Shown piece by piece: positions 12,511 through 24,893 of a stretch of DNA of 64,000 nt. The DNA comes from Clarias gariepinus (Eukaryota). Within the stretch, counting starts at the first letter, position 1; each line of letters opens with the position of its first letter. The position numbers and the translations under genes were made by a program. The notes under the pieces were generated by a model. The model did no database searches, was not told where the DNA came from, and saw only the letters and a program-made list of their open reading frames with translations. The stretch is taken from the NCBI RefSeq assembly GCF_024256425.1, contig NC_071115.1, positions 12,526,746 to 12,590,745 of the forward strand, read 5' to 3'.

Positions 12511-14774
12511 TTGAGTGATTTTCATCATGTATTTATTTTTGTATTTTCTTTATTTTTAACCTTTTGAGCAAGACTGAACGTATGTCTTTTATCCGCTGTT
12601 CATGTTATAAAGTAAATGGAAGAGTCACACAGGTCCCAGCATAAAGGTGCTTTGTTTAAACAAGTATGCTAATTAAAAGGTTATGTTGTGCAAAAGTCAG
12701 TAAGGGGTGCGGGGATATATCAACAACAGAGGAATCCTGGTGACTGATGTTTGAGCAGCTTATAAATCCAATTTGAGCTCTTTGCCATGAAAACAAATAA
12801 AACCCTGAAAGCCTGGACCTGTAATCTGCTGGTCCTGGATGCTTCGGGAATCCCATCAGAAGTCCTTAAATACAATATTCCATTTTTTTATAAAGCACAA
12901 ACTTTTTTGATTGGCTCTGGACATGTAAACCGTCTCACAGGGCTTTTGGATTCCAGACAACACACACGTGGAGCTGTTGAGGAAGTGTTTATTCGCAATG
13001 CTCACTGAAACATTATTAGTGTCAGTCAAAAGTGAAACAAGATCAATACATACAGTAGGGCTCTATCATACACCTTGTAATACATACTGTGTACATCACA
13101 TATTGTTGGTTAAAAGCAATCCGTTAAGGCATGCACAGGCAAATCTGCACAAAGTCAGGATTATAGAAGCGGTAGGGCTTGTCATAATGCAAGAAACAGT
13201 AATTTTATAGAGAATAAAAGCATCAACCTCTGGCACTGGTGGCTTACCCCAAATTAGGGTGAGAATATGCAGTAAAGGAAAATACATTCACTGGAAGAGA
13301 GGAATGACAAAAGAAAGTGGCACTGACTGCTTTTCACACTCCTTCTTGAAAAATACAGATTTGCATAAGCTAGAAATGAAGAGACACGGCGAAACGCAAA
13401 CGAAACCCAGAGACTGATACTCTGCTGGTGTCACTGAAAGATTAGATGATTCCTTCTTCTGAATTTCACACTAAGCAGCATGTGGATTCTGTAATAAACT
13501 GTGTAAACACTCGAGGTCAAAGTTCCCACCTCAGGATATATATATATATATATAGTCCACTCAGAGGCAGCGATTCTGAAGTACATTACCATAAAAATAT
13601 GTTATAGCGATAAATATAGTATAACAAGAAAATGCATGAAATCACTGTAGTGATAACAGTCAAGAAATTGCATTACTAATAACCTAATATTCATCATAGA
13701 ATAGCACGTGGGCAGAAGGTAGCAGTACAAATATATACATATCGATATGTACATTAGTATATACAGTACATTAGGGAAGCTAGCAGTGCAGGCAGAATAA
13801 ATATCTTCAGCCAGTTACAGCATTTCAAGAGAACAGAAACAAAGCCAAGGTTCTCACGTTGCTGCACGGTATGTTTTTTTTTTTTTTTTTGGATTAATGC
13901 GAATTAAAAGTAAGCATGCTACAGGTTATTCATATTCGAGGGAAGCAAAGGAACTGAACGAAACGGTGCACAATTCAACTCATAGCAGAAGTTGCAACTG
14001 GTGCAAGTGTCAAATGCAGCAAAAGAGTCAGTTCAACACAATTTTGGAGAATTCATTCCTTTTTCCAAACATGCACGTTTATAGATTCCGTCCATCGGTA
14101 AAACGGAACAGAAAAAGGGTCCCTGAACAATGTGTGCTAATGTGTAAAGTATTCATCTCTCAACTGACCTCCAGTTGCATTCAAGCCCAGTCTTAGACCC
14201 AGTTCATTGGTTCTGAAAGAGACAAAAGTCCAGAATATTTCATTTGGAATTTTCCAGTTTCGTGCTCTGGTGCCACCTTGCCCCCTAGTGGACAACACTT
14301 CATTTGTGCAGCTTGAAAAGATAAAATACAGAACAAGCTCTGAAGCCTGCATTTCACTGGCATGACCCAGCATGTGGTCATAGTGCTTAACAATGCTGTA
14401 AACCATGTCGCATACGGAAGTTTGTTCCTTTTTTTTTTTTTTTTTTTTAAGATAATCAACCTCACGTATTTACAAAAGTGCTACAAAACGAAGGACTTTG
14501 CCTTCAGAAAACCTTCAGAAAACTCTTAATCGTCACTTGCTTTTGGCTTTCCTGGAAAAACCAATTATACTGTAAACATACATGAGTATTTTTCGATACT
14601 TAAAAAAACTATTACGTGAGAAAGATTTCACACAGAAAGTACATTTACACAGACATAGTATGATGTATATAAGATGATAAGCAATGTTAAAATAACATCA
14701 GTGTTGCAGACTGGGATATTATGATACTATTATGAACTCAGGAGTATCATTAATTATCTCTATCTCTCACACAC

Positions 14775-14813
<39 letters not shown>

Positions 14814-16444
14814 TATCTTCGGATTCAAAAGAGAAAAACAAAAAGAATATCTTTCAGAGACTTGGCACAGATTCTGTTTTGGCAAAGCTTCCCAAACAGA
14901 AGTGAATTGGATATCGCACCGGTAATTGACTTATAACGACTCGATCAAGGGAAAACATGCAGATGTGTTGATTTCTTTGCATTTAGGGATTCCTTCATGC
15001 ATGATCATACCGGTCTTGTTACCATGAAAATATGCTGTAAACTCAAAAAACAAGACAATACCGGTAACTTTGCACTATTTCCTCTTCGTATGGTTTCACT
15101 GGTGGTGTGGTAAGGAGAGAAGGGGGTGAGAAAAGTGTTCAGGGGGAATACCGCATAACCCCCTCCCTTGTACACACACACACACACACACATAACCACA
15201 CGCTTAAAATATAGGACCAATCAGAACGTGCGCCTGCATCCTTCACCGCAATTCCTTGCATCTCTCCATCTCTAGAGTATCTTTTCATCAGCAGTTTGCC
15301 CCCTCCCTCTTCCTCCTCCCTCTCTCACATCTCTCCATCTGTGTGAAACAAAGAGCTGCAACCCAGTTCAGACAACCCCATTCCTCCTCCCCTCTACACC
15401 ATCAATGCGCTTTAGTTACCGTCAGCCCTCATGTCTGGGAGAAGCTCATGTCTGGGATGTCTGTTCTGTGTGGCTTCGCCTGCATTTCTTGTTCGTCTCA
15501 CACTAATTCCCATCTGATAATGTGTCAAAAAAGACATTACAGACATACATACAGTACTTATTAAGAAGACCAAACCGGTGCAGGAGACGCACCGTAGGAG
15601 TGTGCATGCTAGTTTCCTTTATCGTCTTGCTCCCTTGGGATTCCGATCGTCTCTAGTAGAGAGCGCTGGATTGAGATGCTGCTTGCTGGTTTCATCAGAT
15701 TCTCATCCCGTTTCCATTTCGCCGTCTCTCCTTCATCATTTCAGTAATTGCCTTTCCCGCCATAAATCTACATTAGGCTATTCTTTTTTATCTACGAGTC
15801 TGATGTCATTACTCAGATAGTGTGCAGCCTTGGTAGCAGATGGACACGATGTCTCTACGACTCTCTAAACAAATTGCCTTTCTCAAAACAACATGCTTTT
15901 TTATTCTTTCTGATCTTTCTCGATTTCTCATCCTCTATCTCTCTTTCTCACTCTCTCCCTCCTTACATACACATACAAAGGACTTAAGACGGAAAAATGA
16001 GATCATACTGAATGCCTCATTGATGACATCATTTAAAAAAATGTCATTTTTCAAAATAAAAATAAAATAAACCATGCATTTTATGATTACGCTGGCTGCA
16101 GTCATTTTATACCTCCATTCGGAATGCTGGGGAAGTCTTGACTCCTGATGTTTGCTGATTTTCTTTCTGCGGATGAAAACAATGTGTTTGGTCTCAGGAA
16201 CTTGATCTAGAGTAGAAAAAAAACCCAATCTTGAGGTGCTTCAGTAATATGTGGGAATGCAGGTTAGAGAAGGCCGATGGTCATGTGGATCAGTCGGATG
16301 GTCAGAAATTCCTCCTTAGTTTGATTGTCATGGCAACCCTCAGGACTTTAATATCACTGCAAGAAAAGAAAACAGGCTCGTTAGAGGCAATACTAAAAGT
16401 TAAACAAAGGCTAAGTGGCATAGATGTGATTATTCTCATTCATC

Positions 16445-16785
16445 TTCTATACCGGTTTATCCTGTATTCAGGGTCGTGGGGACCTGGAGCCTATGCCAGG
16501 AGGCTTAGGGCACGAGGCAGGGTACACCCTGGACAGGGTGCCAATCCATCGCAGGGCACACACACATACACACACTACGGGCAATTTGGGATCGCCAATT
16601 AACCTAACCTGCATATCTTTGGACTGTGGGAGGAAACGGGAGCACCCGGAGGAAACCCACCAAGCACAGGGAGAACATACAAACTCCATGCACACAGAGA
16701 CGGGAATCAAGCCAGGCCGGGAATCGAGCCCGGACCCTGGAGGTGCAAGGCGACAGTGCTAACCACTACACCACCGTGTCACCTA
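16445..16785 (-). mobile_element. Full-length SINE, same family
   Basis: Reverse complement of the SINE consensus: ...ggacagggtgccaatccatcgcagggcacac... ...ggtgcaaggcgacagtgctaaccactacaccaccgtg. Confidence 0.75.
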
Positions 16786-17114
16786 GATGTGGTTATTAAT
16801 AAAGAATAATAAGAAAATGATAGAACGATTGCATAGAAGATGCTTTAAGTTAAAAGACTGAGAAACACTATATTTAGAGGAAAAAACATGAAACAGGTTC
16901 GGAATTGAACCATATGCCTTTTTAAAATAATAATTAAAAAAAACAACAATAACAACAAGCATATCATTGGTATTAACTCCTGTATACCAATTATAGGCTC
17001 GTTTTTTTTCCTTTTATCTTATAAATAAAATGATCATTTCACAATTTTCCAATGCATTCCACAGGCTTTTATTTTAAACATTCAGATTTTAATTAGAAGA
17101 CAAGTGAAACTCAC

Positions 17115-17247
17115 GTCCCCAGTTGATGACAATGGTAGCAGCAATGATGAGAACTCCTCCCACAAGAGAGACAATCGAGAGGACCTTTGCGTTGCGTCCA
17201 AGACGCCGCGCTCCATCAACATTATCTTGTTGCAGACTGTACCGAGA
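17115..17247 (-). CDS. prrt2: PRRT2-like coding exon 3 (TM2); may extend unspliced to stop TAA at 17091-17089
   Basis: Reads [44 protein letters not shown]. Matches PRRT2 [44 protein letters not shown]. Acceptor ctttctctcag|TCT. The 3' end is ambiguous: a consensus donor C|GTGAGT lies at 17114-17113. Alternatively read-through gives REFHLSSN* followed by AATAAA (plus tttatt 17068-17073). Confidence 0.7.
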
Positions 17248-17494
17248 CTGAGAGAAAGAAACACAAGAGAAAAGAAACTAAGAAAGATAAAAAGATGACA
17301 GAAAAGCACACAGAAAGTCATTTTGAGTAGATTAAATGAAATCTGATATAAGACTGATTCCAAATAAAACTAATTGTATCGTATTGTAAAAAATAATAAA
17401 AAATGATGCATCAACATACAACCCACTACACACGCAACTGTTTTAACACATTTTTAATCAGGAAAGTTAATCCTAAGCTTCTAAACAACTGTAC

Positions 17495-17802
17495 CATAAC
17501 AGAGAACGTCAAGCCGACGATGTTGATGGGCCAAAGTGGGCAGAAGCAGGCAAGTATGGCCAGGAAAAGGTAATCGTTAGGCTTGGTGTCATCTCCTGCA
17601 TTCTCGGTGAGAGCGCTGGGCTGGCGGCTGAGCGAGGGCCGAGGCGACCCAGCATGGCTCAGTGAACCTGAGCGGCTGCCGATGCGGGCATGGCCATGAG
17701 CATGCACATGGCCAGCCTTGGTATGATGATGATGACGAGGGGGAGAAGAACGGGAAGAGGTTGAAGGAGAAGCATCCACAGCATTGGGACAAACTCCATT
17801 AC
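17495..17802 (-). CDS. prrt2: PRRT2-like coding exon 2 (His-rich region and TM1)
   Basis: Reads (S)NGVCPNAVDASPSTSSRSSPPRHHHHTKAGHVHAHGHARIGSRSGSLSHAGSPRPSLSRQPSALTENAGDDTKPNDYLFLAILACFCPLWPINIVGLTFSVM. Acceptor ctcaccag|GT, donor GTTATG|GTACAG. The C-terminal part matches PRRT2 [27 protein letters not shown]. Confidence 0.75.
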
Positions 17803-17959
17803 CTGGTGAGGATAAAGAAATGACAAGAAGAGGAATTGTTGAGAAAAAAGGAATTGGTTGGGTGGTGACAAATAGTCAGGATGTGAGAGAATTGTGTTTG
17901 GTAGATGGTCAGGTTGCATGCCACAAATGACACAAAAAAGCACATGCTAAGAACTTTAC

Positions 17960-18224
17960 TTGTTTCCATCTTTTCATCAATGACCGACAGGTTGTCTTTG
18001 GCCACGCCGTTCATATGGACTGAGCTTTCCAGAGCAGGAGTCTCCGTGTCTGTGGGTGGATCTTCATGCTCCGTCTTCACTGGCTGTGAGGTTATGGGAG
18101 CCTGGCCAGACACGTCATCTGGTTGTTGATTGGTCATTTGCTCAGTTTGTTGCTGCTCTTCTTCCTGCCCCTGCCCTGCACTTAGGGCAGTAGTTGGTGC
18201 GTCGCTGTCGGTGTTCAGAGCCAT
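17960..18224 (-). CDS. prrt2: PRRT2-like (dispanin family) coding exon 1; exon spans 17960-18310 with an 86-nt 5'UTR part
   Basis: ATG at 18224-18222 (atcaagATGG). Reads MALNTDSDAPTTALSAGQGQEEEQQQTEQMTNQQPDDVSGQAPITSQPVKTEHEDPPTDTETPALESSVHMNGVAKDNLSVIDEKMET(S). Upstream acceptor ctctttcccacag| at 18311-18312; donor ACAA|GTAAAG. Low-complexity acidic/proline-rich N-terminus as in PRRT2. Confidence 0.7.
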
Positions 18225-19176
18225 CTTGATGCAAGATGCAGAGTTTGCAAAAATGCCCAATTTCTTTTTTCAGACTAGTGCTGTACTGTGGCTGTCAAAT
18301 TACTGAATATCTGTGGGAAAGAGTTAAAGAATTGTAATGAATTTAATGTTAAAAATAATGAAACTCATTGGATGTACAGAACATGGCGGGAGATTGTTAC
18401 CAGGATGTGGCCTGTTTGTTTTGGTAAATTGGTGTATGATCTGACAACTTTCTTAATTTGAGACTTGAACAGGTGGGAAGGGCTTGTTAGTTGGACAGGT
18501 AGGACTTGTTGGGTGGGAGGTAAACACTTGTCAATGTCTTCCTTTCGATTGCAATTCACTGTGCAAGCAGCACGGGCATCTTATAATTATAGGTTGGTGG
18601 ACTAACGAACAGACAGATATTGAGCACAGATACTGAGCACATTGAGCTCACTAACTATTTATAGAGGGGAATACATTCTGTCTTGCGTGGGACCTTGGAA
18701 TCTTTTTCAGCATTCTGGACACCAACCAATGCACATGAACCATCTTAAAAAGTTCTTAAAATATTCGGCTGCAACTGTGTGTGTCAGGAAATCATATGGA
18801 AGAGGCTTCATGGCAGACCATCAGCTCCACCACCCTACAACACATCTAAGTGACTCTATTGCTCTGCCATGGATCTGGTCTGAAAGGAAACCATTGTTTT
18901 TAAAAAGCATTTTAAAATTTAAATAAGCCTCTGCTGTTTGTGAGGTGAATTGCAATTTCAGTTAAGACATTAGCAGGCTTTCCACCAGTACAGTGTGTCA
19001 GAACTGTGTACATGGAAACTGTGTTTCCATGAGGAAAAAGGGTGGAGCCAAATATTGTTTCAGAAAAGTGTAAACAAACGGCTAAAAATTAAGACAGTAA
19101 TATCGATTCCATATTAAAATCTGGAATTGGATACATTTCATATATAATATAAAAATAAATATAATAAATAACTTCA

Positions 19177-19210
<34 letters not shown>

Positions 19211-20200
19211 AATGGTGTGTATATATATCACAAACTGCACCTTTAAAATTGAATCAAGGCTGATAATGGCTCATACAGTTTCAACAAACCTGACAGTCCT
19301 ACAACTAAAATATGCAACAGAGAGACTATTTTTATCATACTGCATATCAGTAAAATGAGAGCTCACAATAAAATGGTCAGTACTGCTGTTTCAGCTTTTT
19401 CTAAGTGTTGCTTTAAAGTCAAACATGGTTCTGACTCATTCACTTTGCCCTTAACCTAACCTGACACTATAGTAAAGCTAGTGCACCTGCTACCCCCTTA
19501 TAATATATGCTGAGACAAGATATCTAAACACAAAAATGTGCACAGGAGAACAGATATCTGGCTGCATCCCCCTCACATCATTTCTGTGCTCTAAAAGCAA
19601 GTAAATGCCCATTTTAGCCAGATTTAATTCACACTTCGAGGTTATTTTCTTCGAGAGAGCTCTTTGAACCTCTTCTGCAGCGACCTTTTGTTTGCCTGAC
19701 TAGACATTTGCTTTGATAGTCATCCGAATATGCAAAGAGCCAAATTATGCATTATTTTTTAATTTGTGGCCTGTGATTAGGTTCATATTACAAATAGTTC
19801 ATAATTACGTTTTTGCTCGAAGTGAACATGTGTCTCAAGCACGTTTCCTTTGCTACACCCCAAACAGTGCACAGCATGTTCTGATTTTTTTTTCATTGTA
19901 TCTCTGAAATGACATAAACTTTAGACTGTGCTATAAATCCTGTATTGGCCAGGATTCTATTGCTGGGGATGAATGACTGGTTAAAACAGTAATTTTGTGT
20001 TTTGTTGGGTGAAGGAAAGAGATGAGGGGTGGATCAGATGACACACCTATCTCAAAAGCCCTCAATCCCAAATTAATTAAAAAAAAACAAAAAACCAAAA
20101 CAGTGCACATATTCAAAGGCAAATAATCAAATTGCTAGAAGCATACATGCTCTATAATGTATATATGTATATAAGATCAAGTAATTTCATATATTTTTAT

Positions 20201-20205
<5 letters not shown>

Positions 20206-20244
<39 letters not shown>

Positions 20245-20293
20245 AATAGAACATATATGGATGTATAAAAATATATACAATTACATGATTTTG

Positions 20294-20337
<44 letters not shown>
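20206..20337. repeat. (GA)17 and (AT)20 microsatellites
   Basis: agagagagag... at 20206-20240. atatatatat... at 20297-20337. Confidence 0.95.
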
Positions 20338-20339
<2 letters not shown>

Positions 20340-20937
20340 AGGTATGGGGAGACAGCTACACCTATACAGCACCCCAACACCACTGCTCTGCGTTGTCATG
20401 GAGAGCAAGAGTTTCTGGTATTTTATAGCCTACATTTGGGAGAAGATGTTCAAGCACAGTACTACATTTTCAATTCGTTCCGATGCATGACACACCCTTT
20501 CTTAAAAGCCTTCACATGTAAAGATCTAGCAATGCACACGAACAAAAAAACTCCACAAATAGACGAGTGCAGAAATAAAAACGGCGCGAGTTTGCATGCG
20601 TAACGTTACATAAGCTATCGTGAGACTGTGTTTTCTGGTGCCTGATGAAGTTTTGGGGGAATTTCGGAAACATTCCGCATTGATTTCAGCGAGGAGCGTA
20701 AAAGCGTGACACACCCGCGTTTTAAACAAGGCATCTCTCTGTGCGCTGGCCTCAGCGCGAGCTCGATGCGCAAAAGATGGAACGGAGACATGCAGACCCA
20801 CCTTTAGTGCGAGGTGTAGGAGAATGTTCCAGCGGACCTTATCATGGCGAAATATAACGTAAATGAAGGACTGGAAGGAGCCCGGGACTGGGATGCTGCA
20901 CTCAGGTCGAGTTTGAGCGAAACACACTCGATTTTAC

Positions 20938-21130
20938 GCTGTGTGTGTGTGTGTGTGTGTGTCGGAAGAAAGGAACGGGGGGTGCACACAGAAGGAGGCG
21001 CGATTTCACTCGACGCGCGCGCGCGCGGACTGAGGCGCCACCTGACCGCACCGAAGCGCTCGCGCACTCTCCCCTCGCGCCAGCCTGGGCGTCCCCGTGG
21101 CACTGCGCTGCTGCACATTTTATATAGCAG
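20938..21130 (-). promoter_or_regulatory. Minus-strand TATA promoter plus putative non-coding first exon in a CpG island; candidate exon 1 of the PRRT2-like gene
   Basis: The minus strand reads GCTATATAAAATGTGCAGCAGCGCAGTGCCACGGGG (TATA at plus 21118-21128) with CpG-dense sequence downstream. A possible donor GC|GTAAAATCG sits near 20937. It lies 2.6 kb upstream of the acceptor before the PRRT2-like ATG exon. The CpG island spans about 20560-21110. Confidence 0.3.
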
Positions 21131-21299
21131 TTTTCATATCTGGGCTGGTTTACAGTGACTAATGGTGACAGTTAAAATTATTATCATCCAGGTTGTCATC
21201 CTCACTGAGTCCCCTGATTTAATCTGTTTCGCCAACCGAAATTGCTGTTTACCATCTTAAATCACGTGCCATATGATGCTCACTCACTCACTGTCTATA

Positions 21300-21565
21300 T
21301 TGTGTTATCCTGTATACAGGGTCGTGTGGGGCCTGGAGCCTATCCCAGGAGTATGTGTGCACGAGGCAGGGTACATCCTGGATGGGTTGCCAATCCATTG
21401 CAGGGCACACACATACACACACTCACATGCACACTATGTCATTTAGTTCTAATCTGCATGTCTTTGGACTGTGGGAGGAAACCGTAGTACCCAGATGAAA
21501 CCCACCAAGAAAGTGGAGAACATGCAAACTCCACACAGTGCATATCACTGCGCCACTGTTCCGCC
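21300..21565 (-). mobile_element. SINE copy, same family
   Basis: cctgtatacagggtcgtgtggggcctggagcctatcccagg...ggatgggttgccaatccattgcagggcacac... Confidence 0.7.
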
Positions 21566-22544
21566 TCGCCATATGATGCTGATAACCTTTAATAAATGTT
21601 TCTTGTGCTCAGCCACACTGTCTGTGTGTGTGTGTGTGTATGTGTTGCAGTTCTGTTGTGACCCACTTCTTATATTATGCTGTTACCTTCTTTATAAAGC
21701 ATAAGCCTGAACCTATCCATATTATACATGTTCTTAGATTGCAATTTGTTGTTGGTACAAGAAACCATTTTGCTACTACAAAATGTTTCTAAAGAATTTT
21801 TTTTCTAAGAAAACATTCAAGTATTACAGAAAAACATCACTACAAGAAAATATTTAGTTTTTGTTTAATCAGTATTGTCCAAAATGTTGCTGATCAAAAA
21901 AAACTCTTTTGTTACTACTAAAAACATTTAATTACTAGAAAATAACATTTCAGTTTTGTGTAAAATTTTTTTTTTTTTTGGTGCTACAATAAATTTTATC
22001 ACTATATTTACATTTAGGTATTTGGCAGACGCCCTTAAACCAGAGCGAATTACATAGGTACACTTTGTAGGTATTTAGTATAGTCATTAACACCAACCCA
22101 ATTAACTGTGGCTATGCACAACACCTCAGCCCTTTTCTAACCTCTTAATAGAAAGAGTCCACCATAGGCCAGTCACACATTGCAACTTGCACATAGGAAA
22201 ATACGAGATAGTCTCTTACTCTTGATCTACAAAGTAAGCCTAACAAGATAAATACCTTATTTATGACCAATAATATTAAAAAAAATTTTTTTATACAAGA
22301 TACCTTGATCAGACTTGACCCTAAACGCATTAACAAGTAAATACCATTGATTATCTTCTTTTATAACACCTGTTATTGTTTGGGCAGTTCCAGTATTTCA
22401 TAACAGCAGTGGTCGGTTTCAGGAGGATTTTTGCTACGCTGCAAAAATTGTTCAGGAAAGGTTTGAGGATCATGACCAAAAGTACAAGATGTTGATGCAG
22501 ACTCCAAATTCCCTGGCTCTTTTATGTGATCGGGCATCTGTAAG

Positions 22545-22760
22545 ATGTGCCGAACAAACAAATCTGGTCCTCAAAGGCCCACCTTACATCTCCAGATACC
22601 TCATCACACCGTTAGAGTTCTTGTAGAGTCCATGCCTCAGTGTGTCAGACCATTTTTGGAAGCACAAGAGAAAGCTATGTACATGATATTAAATGAAGCA
22701 GTTATAATACCATGGTTGATCAGTGTATGCATTAGAAGAGATCCACTGCAAACTGGAGTG
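22545..22760 (+). mobile_element. Tc1-like transposase C-terminal fragment
   Basis: Reads ...IPHHTVRVLVESMPQCVRPFLEAQ..., resembling the Tc1-family C-terminus (IPQHTFRGLVESMPRRVRAVLAAKGGPTQY). Confidence 0.5.
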
Positions 22761-23536
22761 GACACATGTTTGATCCACTTATTTCAAACATCATAATAAA
22801 ACTGGTCCTGGACCAGTAAACAATTCATAAAGTGATTGTACAAATAAAAATTGTGGTTGTGCATTTTAAAGTACGTTGAAAAAAAAAACAGTGCACACTG
22901 AAAAAAGAACAGCATTGTCAAAGTCAAACGAAGTTAAAACAAGATTGTCAAAGTGTAATACATTATTAATGATTCAGGATCATCTGTGAAATGGCTTTGC
23001 ATTACATATCAACACTGGTTGTTTCTGCAACATCGTCAGCATTGCTTCATTGTTAACTTTGGCACAAAAATGAACATGCTTTTTTTGACTAACGTTGACT
23101 TTTTCCAGAGCATGGTCGTGAATCACAGTATAGTCACTCTGTCACCCAAAACAGCTGACCATCACAAACTGTAAACAAGCCCGGTTACCAAGTATGTAAC
23201 AGTTAAAGTCATGGGCAGGAGAAAATGTATCATACATTTCAAAGTTTATTTGATACTTATAAATGCACATGTAGTAGACAAAGATACATTCTTTTAGTTC
23301 ACTGCATGTTTCATAAGGCTTTGGTGGGTATGCTAAGAAAATTATTCCTTAAATGTTTAGTCAGGCACCTTGTTAAAGCAAATATATTTGCATAGAATAC
23401 ACTGCAATGTACTATTGCAAAGCATTTCTCTTACTACACCGTTTTCTCTGATAGTAGTAACGTTTTAGGAACTCAAACAACATAAAAGATGTCTGATAAA
23501 ACAAACAAACAAAAATTGCATTATAAGTGGGACGTA

Positions 23537-23542
23537 TTTATT
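23537..23542 (-). terminator. mvp: mvp polyadenylation signal AATAAA (minus strand), about 25 nt after the stop
   Basis: The plus strand reads tttatt at 23537-23542. A second candidate lies at 23246-23251 (plus tttatt) for a longer 3'UTR. Confidence 0.45.
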
Positions 23543-23565
23543 GTCTTGTCAGTTTCCCGGTTCTT

Positions 23566-23688
23566 CTACTTTTCCTCAGGGGTCTTCATCGCCCCCAGCA
23601 GGCCATTAGCAGTAGTGAACAGATTGATAGGAGAGGAGCCATCTGTTATCAGAGTGGATTTAAGACCCAGAGCTTGTAGAAGTTTAAC
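23566..23688 (-). CDS. mvp: mvp terminal coding exon (includes stop TAG at 23568-23566)
   Basis: Reads [40 protein letters not shown]. Acceptor tccatccag|GTT. Matches human [32 protein letters not shown]. Total CDS is 2619 nt, 872 aa. Confidence 0.9.
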   Translation of the reverse strand, partial: VKLLQALGLKSTLITDGSSPINLFTTANGLLGAMKTPEEK

Positions 23689-24136
23689 CTGGATGGAGAG
23701 GGAAAAAAACAGCAGCAATGAGTGAATAAACAGCACTAATAATCAGAAATATAATAAAACACGTTAGAAGTTTAGAAGAAGAAAACGACTGGATACATGG
23801 TGAGCGAATCTCGAAATTTTTTATACCTCCTTGTGTATTACATCATATTAAATTATTAAAATTATTGAATTAATTACTTTATCATGTGGTGGTACAGTAG
23901 AAAAAAATTTAATCAAACACCACAATAACCATGAGATGGTTAAACACTTATCCATGATTTTTTTCTTTAAAGATATGATCATATTCCTTCCCGCAGTCAA
24001 GCCTTTTTACCTACAGTATACTCACTATTTCAGCCAGATCTACAAAGTCAATCCACACGACCTGAGTGCCTGGTGCAATAAAGCTCATTTAACCTAGAAG
24101 AAATACAGGAGGTCTGGGTCTGTGAGTGCCGCGTAC

Positions 24137-24325
24137 CTGTAGCTCTGGTCCAGCTCTGGCCATCTCCGTCAAAGTGCCACTGCCAATAGCTTCTACCAGC
24201 TGCTTGAAACGTTGGCTTTCGATCTCAGACAGTTTCTGCTGCTTCTCCACTTCCTGGCGATCCAGTTCCTTTTTATAATTGAGCTCCTGCTCACGTGCTT
24301 TTGCCAGACGCACCAGTTCAGCTTC
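24137..24325 (-). CDS. mvp: mvp exon 16
   Basis: 63 codons: EAELVRLAKAREQELNYKKELDRQEVEKQQKLSEIESQRFKQLVEAIGSGTLTEMARAGPELQ. Acceptor tatcttag|GAA, donor CTACAG|GTACGC. Matches human [64 protein letters not shown]. Confidence 0.85.
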
Positions 24326-24734
24326 CTAAGATAGAATTAGTGTAGGAAACCATGAGTGTAATACATTATTTCAAAATTAAAATGGCCATACACAGATGAG
24401 ATCATACTTTCAGAAATGTGCAACTACTGCCTTTAAATTTAAATGCAAATCTTGGTGGAGAGAGGCTCAAACACTGGGAGCAATTAATTAATCATCTTGA
24501 TACCCTATTAAAATGAGAGAATGGAAGTACAAAGAAGAGAGAAACAAAGACCGAGAGAGAGACAGCGAGAGATTGTCAAAGATATTAATTACCTAAGAAG
24601 AAATACTGCCAGCTCTGCATACTGTATTCTACTGGGATTATGAAATGCTAATGTACGCGTGCCCACACAAGTGCCTGTGTGTGAGACATGCTGATGAACT
24701 GCACATACGTGACGCTAAGAAAAGAAAGACGTAC

Positions 24735-24861
24735 CGCTTCTATTCTCTGGGCTTCAACTTTGAGTTTGGCCTCTTCAACAGCAGCCTCACCCTGGATACG
24801 TGCTGCCTCTGCCCTGGACTGAGCTTCTGCCTTTGCTGCTCCTGTACTCTCCACTGCAGCA
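24735..24861 (-). CDS. mvp: mvp exon 15
   Basis: Reads (S)[42 protein letters not shown]. Acceptor (GT)14-ttgtag|T, donor GAAGCG|GTACGT. Matches human [41 protein letters not shown]. Confidence 0.85.
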
Positions 24862-24865
24862 CTAC

Positions 24866-24893
24866 AAACACACACACACACACACACACACAC
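24866..24893. repeat. (CA)14 microsatellite on plus, (GT)14 on the mvp strand, abutting the exon 15 acceptor
   Basis: acacacacacacacacacacacacacac lies directly 3' (plus) of the acceptor at 24862-24863. Confidence 0.95.

Noticed and set aside
16231-16762. ORFs containing LGHEAGYTLDRVPIHRRAHTHT, recurring at 21242, 41684 and 47411
   Set aside because: They are translations of SINE copies, not genes.
20526-21158. ORFs of 104-133 aa in both strands of the CpG island
   Set aside because: They are stop-poor GC-rich DNA with (GT)n-encoded CVCVCV runs and have no homology. I treated the region as promoter or 5'UTR rather than CDS.
23489-23725. Plus-strand ORF 23489..23725, and similarly 30977..31192, 31797..31988, 17104..17298, 17905..18129 and 29325..29866
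   Set aside because: They are antisense read-through of real minus-strand mvp or PRRT2-like exons.
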